Origin: an uncultured delta proteobacterium
GTDB lineage: Bacteria; Myxococcota_A; Polyangia; Polyangiales; Polyangiaceae
Length of the DNA stretch: 64,000 nucleotides
Direction of reading: 5' to 3'
NCBI GenBank assembly: GCA_963782055.1
Contig: CAWAIF010000003.1
Span: forward strand, 4,512,001-4,576,000
Shown here: piece after piece, positions 58,216 to 64,000 of the stretch
Position numbering within the stretch: the first letter of the stretch is position 1
Layout: every line of letters starts with the position of its first letter
Translations under genes and position numbers: made by a program
Notes under the pieces: generated by a model
The model's database searches: none
What the model was told of the DNA's origin: nothing
What the model saw: only the letters and a program-made list of their open reading frames with translations

Positions 58216-59338
58216 AGGGCTCGGAGCTGCCGCCCGAGCCGGATCCGCCCGCGGAGCCGGAGGCCGACCCGGAGGCCTTCACGTGGGTCTTCACCTGGAT
58301 CTTCGGCGCCTTCACGGTGCCCTTCGCCTGGCCGGGCGCCAGCTCGTCGCCCTTGGTGATGTCGAAGCTGGGCTTCTGGTTGGGATCGCACCCCACGCCG
58401 AAGCCGGTGGCGTCGAACTTGTCCTCCAGGCTGCCGCTCAGGTCGTTCTTGGCGTCCTTGAAGTGGGCCTCCACCGTGACCTCGTGCTGCCCGGCGCGCG
58501 CCGGCGAGCAGTAGCTGAGCAGGTAGTAGGCCTTCGTCGCCGCCTCGATGCGGGTGGCGACCTGGTCGAAGGCGTTGACCACCGCGTTCTTGTCCGCCGC
58601 CTTGGCCGTGCCGGTCTTGCCGATCGCGGCGAGCTGGGCATCCTGCATCTCCGCGCCCAGGCCGATGGCGAAGACGTCGTAGGGCGTGTCGGCGATGGCC
58701 TTCTTCATCTGCTCCTCGCTGACGCGCCGCGCGCGGTCGGTGCCGTCGGTGAAGACCACCAGCGTGCCGAAGCGCAGCGGGTTGTCGGCGTGATCGAGGG
58801 CCTTCTTCAGCTCGTCCAGACCCTTGATGATCGCGCCGTTGAGGTTGGTGCTCGGGTCCTTCGGCTTGTAGGAGGCGAGCGCCGCCACGCCCGCCTTCGC
58901 CCCGTTCGCCGAGAAGGGCGCGAGGGGGTGCAGGTCGGGGGAACCGTCGAAGGCGTAGATGGCGACCTTCTGGTGCTGCTCCACCTTGTCGGTGAAGGTG
59001 CCGACCGCGTCCACCAGCGTGTCCACCGAGCCGGAGTCGGTGATGCTCCCGCTCATGTCGACGAGCAGCAGCGTGTAGTGCGAGGCCGCGACCTCCGGGT
59101 TGAGGATGGTCTGCTTGCTCTCGTACTGCGAGATGGGATCGCCGTCCTCGTAGATCTTGAAGCTGTCGGCGGTGAGGCCGCCGACGGGCTGGCCGCCCGA
59201 CGTCTCCACCTTGAAGTAGACCACGACGTTGCTCGGCTTGTTGCTCGTCGACTTGATCGGGAGCAGCTTCAGGCCAGAGGCGCACCCCGCGAGCAGGGCG
59301 CAAGCGACGATGGCAAACACGGCTCGTTTCACGTGCAT
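58205..59338 (-). CDS. vWA-domain lipoprotein
   Basis: LLAGC lipobox; MIDAS LVDMSGS, STNL, VFTDG. Confidence 0.9.
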   Translation of the reverse strand: MHVKRAVFAIVACALLAGCASGLKLLPIKSTSNKPSNVVVYFKVETSGGQPVGGLTADSFKIYEDGDPISQYESKQTILNPEVAASHYTLLLVDMSGSITDSGSVDTLVDAVGTFTDKVEQHQKVAIYAFDGSPDLHPLAPFSANGAKAGVAALASYKPKDPSTNLNGAIIKGLDELKKALDHADNPLRFGTLVVFTDGTDRARRVSEEQMKKAIADTPYDVFAIGLGAEMQDAQLAAIGKTGTAKAADKNAVVNAFDQVATRIEAATKAYYLLSYCSPARAGQHEVTVEAHFKDAKNDLSGSLEDKFDATGFGVGCDPNQKPSFDITKGDELAPGQAKGTVKAPKIQVKTHVKASGSASGSAGGSGSGGSSEPFTP

Positions 59339-59478
59339 GGCGCAACAATCATACGTAGCGCCCGCGCGCCGCGTCAAATCGCGATGCGGGCGACGGCGTG
59401 GTTGCGCCACGACGCTCGAGCTGCGCACGCGCCGCGGCGGGACGCCTCGGGGGCGAGCGTAGTAAGCTCGGCTCCCGG

Positions 59479-61350
59479 ATGCGACGCTCGCTCCTCCCCC
59501 TGCTCGCGGTCCTCCTCGCGTGCGAGCCCCCGCCGCCTTCTCCCCCGGAGCCGCCGCCCGCGCCCGCGAGCGCTCCCCACGCGCCCCAAGCCGGCGGTGC
59601 GAGCGTCGCCGTCGCCCTCGACGCCGGGGCGCCCGAGGCGGCGCGCGCCCCGCTCCCGGAGGTCCTGCTCTCCGACGCGGCGACGATGCGCGCGCTCGGT
59701 GCGACGGGCTACGATCTGGGCACCCTCCTCGGCGACGCGCCGGCCCCCGACGCCGCCGCCCTCGCACGCGGCGCCCACTACGCCGATGTGGCGCGCGCGG
59801 TGGAGGACGACGTGCGGCGCGCGCGCAAGGCCGACTCGCACGCGGGCGTGGGCCTCGCGTTCGCGCACCGCCTCCTCGACGTGCGCTTCCTCCGCGCGGC
59901 GACCTCGCGCTGGGAGCTGACCGGGGTGGCGGAGCGCTTCGACCGCGATTTCGTCGACCCGTCGCACTGCGGCGAGCTGCGCTTCCTCTTCCGGCTCCGC
60001 TACGACAAGACGGTCAAGGGCCTCGCCATCTCCTCGCGCCTGCCCGCGACCGCCGCGGTGACCTTCTGGAACGCCGTCGGCGCGACGCCTGACGTGTGCG
60101 TCGGCGTGATGAAGGACTGGGAGGCGCGCGCGGCCGACCCGCACCATCCCTCGCTCTGGAAGCCCGCCGAGCTGGCGCCGCGCTTCAAGTCGGTCGAGCT
60201 GAACGTGCAGACGGTCCGCTGGCCTTCGACGGTGCGCGGCGATATGGCCGGGCACGCCGAGTACGCGCTGCGTTCACTGGTGCGCTCGCCGGACGGCAAG
60301 CACCTGGTGGCGGGCACGCTGGAGAACACGCCCGACGTCGACCGCGCCTTCCGCGACCGCGCCTTCCGCGCCGCGCTGCTCGCGTGGGTGGTCGACCCCG
60401 ACAACGCCCCCGCCATCGACGCCGGCAAGGCGGTGCTCCCCGCGCGCTTCCTCGCGACGCACGCGACGTCGGTCACGCCGCACGGCCTGGACCGCCTCCA
60501 CAACCGCCCCTTCCGGAGCATCTTCGCGCCCTCCGAGGCCAGGCCCATGCCCGGCGCCGCCTTCGCGCGCTCCGGCGAGGGCGTGCTCCGCCGGCTGGAC
60601 GAGATGTCGTGTCCCGGCTGCCACTCCTCCCGCAGCGTCGCCGGCTTCCACTTCCTGGGCGAGGAGACGGCGCCCGCCGAGAGCGTCAACGCCATCCTCG
60701 TCGGCCGCTCGCCCCACCTGATCGACGAGATCGCCCGCCGGCGCGCCGAGCTCGCGCGCCGCACCGGGAGCGGCGGCCCGGTCCGCCCGGTGCCCTTCGC
60801 CGAGAGGACGAGCGCGCGCGGGGAGCGCGGCGCCCACTGCGGGCTGGGCGGCGATCCCACCTTCGCCTCGTGGACGTGCGCGAAGGGCCTCGTGTGCACG
60901 CCCGACGTGGGGACGGACGGCGTCGGCGTGTGCCTCGCGCCCGCCACGCAGTACGGCGACCCGTGCGAGGTCGGCACCCTGGACGCGCAGCGGGATCCGC
61001 ACCGCGACCGCGTCAGCGGGATGAAGCCGCGCGCGTGCGGCGGCGCGTGCGACGACAACCGCGTGGGCTTCCCCGACGGCGACTGCGTGGGGAGCTGCGC
61101 GGGCCTCGGGCCGGACGCCACGTGCGCGGCCATCCCGCAGCTGGTGAGCTTCAACGGGTGCCTCGCCAGCGCGCGGGGCACCTCCTTCGAGGACTGCATC
61201 CGCCACAGCGCCACGCCCGCCGCCGTCCAGGCGTGCGGCGCGGCGCGCCCGTGCCGCGACGACTACATCTGCGCGCGCACGCCGGCGGGGAGCGGGGCCT
61301 GCATGCCGCCGTACTTCCTCTTCCAGCTCCGCGTGGACGGCCACCCCTGA
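59479..61350 (+). CDS. Hypothetical lipoprotein with a CxxCH motif and a Cys-rich C-terminus
   Basis: LLAC lipobox, CGELRFLFRL, SCPGCH, many Cys in the last ~170 aa. Confidence 0.8.
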   Translation: MRRSLLPLLAVLLACEPPPPSPPEPPPAPASAPHAPQAGGASVAVALDAGAPEAARAPLPEVLLSDAATMRALGATGYDLGTLLGDAPAPDAAALARGAHYADVARAVEDDVRRARKADSHAGVGLAFAHRLLDVRFLRAATSRWELTGVAERFDRDFVDPSHCGELRFLFRLRYDKTVKGLAISSRLPATAAVTFWNAVGATPDVCVGVMKDWEARAADPHHPSLWKPAELAPRFKSVELNVQTVRWPSTVRGDMAGHAEYALRSLVRSPDGKHLVAGTLENTPDVDRAFRDRAFRAALLAWVVDPDNAPAIDAGKAVLPARFLATHATSVTPHGLDRLHNRPFRSIFAPSEARPMPGAAFARSGEGVLRRLDEMSCPGCHSSRSVAGFHFLGEETAPAESVNAILVGRSPHLIDEIARRRAELARRTGSGGPVRPVPFAERTSARGERGAHCGLGGDPTFASWTCAKGLVCTPDVGTDGVGVCLAPATQYGDPCEVGTLDAQRDPHRDRVSGMKPRACGGACDDNRVGFPDGDCVGSCAGLGPDATCAAIPQLVSFNGCLASARGTSFEDCIRHSATPAAVQACGAARPCRDDYICARTPAGSGACMPPYFLFQLRVDGHP

Positions 61351-61422
61351 CCGGCGGGGGCCGGCGCCTCACGGCAAGGTCGATGGACGCCTTGCACGGC
61401 GAAGATGGTTTATGCTCGGCTT

Positions 61423-62457
61423 ATGCGATCTTCGCTCCCCTTCACCATTGCCCTGAGCCTCTCGACTCTCCTTCTTCTCGGTAGCTCCGCCTGCGTGGGC
61501 GAGCCGCCCACCAACGGCAACGACGCCGGGGGCGGCGGCGACTCGGGCACCAATCAATCTTCCCCGCCGCCGGACTCGGGGACGGATGCATCGCAGGACG
61601 ACGGAGGCACGACCGCCGACGCGGGCGACGCCGCGGTGGACGCCGGCCCCGCGTGCAATCCGATCAGCGGCGCCTTCGGCGCCCCCATCGCGGTCGGGTC
61701 GCTGAACAGCAACGACCTCGAGTACGGCGCCTGGCTCGCCCCCGATGGCCTCAGCGTCTATTTCACGCGCGGTAACGGCACCACCGGTGACACGTACGTC
61801 GCGACGCGCGCCAAGCCCACGGACCCCTTCGGCACGCCGACCGCCCTCGCCGCCCCCGTCAACGACCCGGCCACCGGCGACCTGTACCCCACCGAGGACC
61901 CGACGGAGCTCACGCTCTTCTTCGACTCCTACCGCGGAGGCAACGGGCACACGCACATCTACATGACGACGCGTGGCTCGAAGCAGGTCGCCTACACCGC
62001 GGCACCGACCGAGGTGACGGCCACCGACGTGGCGGGCGCGAGTGACATCGAGACGCCGTATGTCATCCCCGGAGCGATGTACTTCGCGGCCTTCGTCCCG
62101 GCCAACAAGGTCGAGTTCGACCTGTACCGCGCGCCCATCGTCAGCGGGAACATCGGCACGCCGGTGGCGATCACCTCCGCCAACTCGGCCATCAAGGACG
62201 AGCGGCCCGTCGTCACGCCGGACGAGCGATTCATGTACATGCGCCGGTACAAGAAGGTGAACACCACCTACGACTTCGAGATCTTCTTCACGCACCGCGC
62301 CAAGGCGCAGGACCCCTGGACGACGCCGGTGTCGATATCGCTCAACACCAACAAGAACGAGGAGCCGGCGTGGATCTCCCCCGACGGCTGCGTGCTCTAC
62401 TACGCGAGCGACTCCGGCGGGAACCAGGACCTTTACCTCGCGGTGCGCGGCAAGTAG
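61423..62457 (+). CDS. Lipoprotein with PD40/WD40-like propeller repeats
   Basis: SSAC lipobox; LAPDGLSVYF, VTPDERFMY, ISPDGCVLYYASD. Confidence 0.88.
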   Translation: MRSSLPFTIALSLSTLLLLGSSACVGEPPTNGNDAGGGGDSGTNQSSPPPDSGTDASQDDGGTTADAGDAAVDAGPACNPISGAFGAPIAVGSLNSNDLEYGAWLAPDGLSVYFTRGNGTTGDTYVATRAKPTDPFGTPTALAAPVNDPATGDLYPTEDPTELTLFFDSYRGGNGHTHIYMTTRGSKQVAYTAAPTEVTATDVAGASDIETPYVIPGAMYFAAFVPANKVEFDLYRAPIVSGNIGTPVAITSANSAIKDERPVVTPDERFMYMRRYKKVNTTYDFEIFFTHRAKAQDPWTTPVSISLNTNKNEEPAWISPDGCVLYYASDSGGNQDLYLAVRGK

Positions 62458-62519
62458 CCCTCGCGCCGGGGACGCGCCGGGGACGCCTCGGGGGGGTGCG
62501 GCGTGCTAGAAATGGGGTC

Positions 62520-64000
62520 GTGCGACCCGTGTCCTTGCTGCTCCTCGTCGGCGTCGCGGCCGTGGCGTGCTCGACGGCGCCCACGACCGCTCCACCCCCC
62601 GACGTCGTGGGCGTGGACGACGAGGACGTGCAGTGCGATCCGCTCGACGGCGCGCCCGATGACGCCACCAGCGCGCCGGAGCCGACTCCCGAGCCGCTGA
62701 CGCAGTGGGTGGACCCCTTCGTCGGCACCGGCGGCGTCGCCTTCGGCGTCGGCACGACCTACCCCGGCCCGCAGGTCCCGGGCGGCATGGCGCGCCCCGG
62801 CCCGGACACATCCCACGCCGGCGGCGCGGCGGACTTCATGCACTGCTCCGGCTACGCCCACGACGACGACGTCATCGACGGCTTCAGCGAGATGCGACTG
62901 GAGGGCGCCGGCATCGCCGACTACGGCGGCATGGCGCTGATGCCCACCCTCGGCGTCACCGGCGAGGCGACCCGCCCTCGCGGGCACGGCTCCCACTTCT
63001 CCCACGACCGGGAGCAGGCCTCCCCCGGCTACTACGCGGTCACCCTGGACGACACGCACATCCAGGTCGAGCTCACCGCGAGCGCCCACGTCGGCTTCCA
63101 GCGCTACACCTTCCCGCAGGGCGCCGACGCCACCGTCCTGGTCGACGCCGGGCACCTCCTCGCCGACAACGAGACGGTCACGCTCGGTCACGTCGACGTC
63201 GACGCCCAGGCGAAGGAGGTCAGCGGCTTCGAGCACGTCGCCGGCAGCTACTCCAGGCGCTTCGGCGGCGTGCGCGTCTACTTCGTCGCGCGCTTCGACC
63301 GCGCGTGGGCGAGCGCGGGCACCTTCGCCGACGGTGTGCTCGCCGACGCGTCGGTCACCGCGGAGGGTACCGACGTCGGCGCCTACCTGCACTTCGACGC
63401 CTCCTCCACGACGACGGTGGGGGCGCACGTCGGCGTGTCCTTCGTCGACGTCGCGCACGCGCGCGCCAACCTGGACGCCGAGGACACCTCCTTCGACCAG
63501 GCGAAGACGGCGGCCCAGGCGGCGTGGGAGGCTCGGCTCGGCCGCGTGCGTATCGAGGCGCGCACCGATCACGACCGCCGCCTCTTCTACACCGCGCTCT
63601 ACCACACCGCGCAGATGCCGGCGCTCGCCTCCGATGTCGACGGCAGCTACCGCGGCATCGACGGCAACGTGCACGCGGCGAAGGGCTTCCGCTACTTCAC
63701 CGACTTCTCCCTCTGGGACACCTACCGCACCCTGCAGCCGCTGCTCGACCTGGTCTACCCCGAGGACGCGGGCGACATGGCGCAGAGCCTGGTGGCGATG
63801 GGCGAGGACGCCGGCTACCTCCCGCGCTGGCCGCTCGGCACCGGCGAGACCGGCGGCATGATCGGCGACGGCGCGACCGTCGCCCTCGCCGACGCCTACC
63901 TGCGCGGCGTCACCGGCTGGGACGCGCAGGGCGGCTACGCCATCGCGCGCCACCAGGCCACCACCGTGCCCGCGCCGAACACCGGCGGCCGCGACGACAT
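62520..64000 (+). CDS. GH92 alpha-mannosidase-family lipoprotein (runs off the window)
   Basis: Manual translation from GTG 62520: AVAC lipobox, VDPFVGTGG...TYPG, EQASPGYY, FYTALYH, FSLWDTYRTL. Confidence 0.92.
   Translation, partial: MRPVSLLLLVGVAAVACSTAPTTAPPPDVVGVDDEDVQCDPLDGAPDDATSAPEPTPEPLTQWVDPFVGTGGVAFGVGTTYPGPQVPGGMARPGPDTSHAGGAADFMHCSGYAHDDDVIDGFSEMRLEGAGIADYGGMALMPTLGVTGEATRPRGHGSHFSHDREQASPGYYAVTLDDTHIQVELTASAHVGFQRYTFPQGADATVLVDAGHLLADNETVTLGHVDVDAQAKEVSGFEHVAGSYSRRFGGVRVYFVARFDRAWASAGTFADGVLADASVTAEGTDVGAYLHFDASSTTTVGAHVGVSFVDVAHARANLDAEDTSFDQAKTAAQAAWEARLGRVRIEARTDHDRRLFYTALYHTAQMPALASDVDGSYRGIDGNVHAAKGFRYFTDFSLWDTYRTLQPLLDLVYPEDAGDMAQSLVAMGEDAGYLPRWPLGTGETGGMIGDGATVALADAYLRGVTGWDAQGGYAIARHQATTVPAPNTGGRDD

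Noticed and set aside
62464..62489. CGCGCCGGGGAC direct repeat
   Set aside because: Two short GC-rich copies in a small intergenic gap; no evidence of a mobile element

Overview
Very GC-rich, gene-dense chromosomal DNA with myxobacterial (Polyangiaceae-like) hallmarks: Hanks-type Ser/Thr kinases with TPR/PEGA partners, many DAG/DGG-linker Cys-rich lipoproteins, and several sigma54 -24/-12 motifs. About 50 real CDSs can be called; most ORF-track entries are GC shadow frames. Content: a patchy accessory left end (DUF4132-like giant protein, DJ-1/cupin insert, a Tsi6-like remnant); a deoxyhypusine-synthase-like gene, an ABC exporter and an NTT-type nucleotide transporter; a Ku-less PolX/LigC/Prim-Pol repair cluster; a DHCR24/BfaA-like oxidoreductase; serA with a D-2-hydroxyglutarate dehydrogenase-like gene; a translationally coupled CrtC/AttH + PDS-like desaturase + GGR-like triad; a Zn-ribbon/DUF6620-like pair in front of a YhaO/YhaN (SbcCD-like) nuclease-ATPase; Prx, purKE, msrB, hslO; a frameshifted kinase module; several lipoproteins; and a GH92 mannosidase. 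No rRNA, tRNA, CRISPR array or intact transposase was seen. All family calls come from motif recognition by eye, not database searches.
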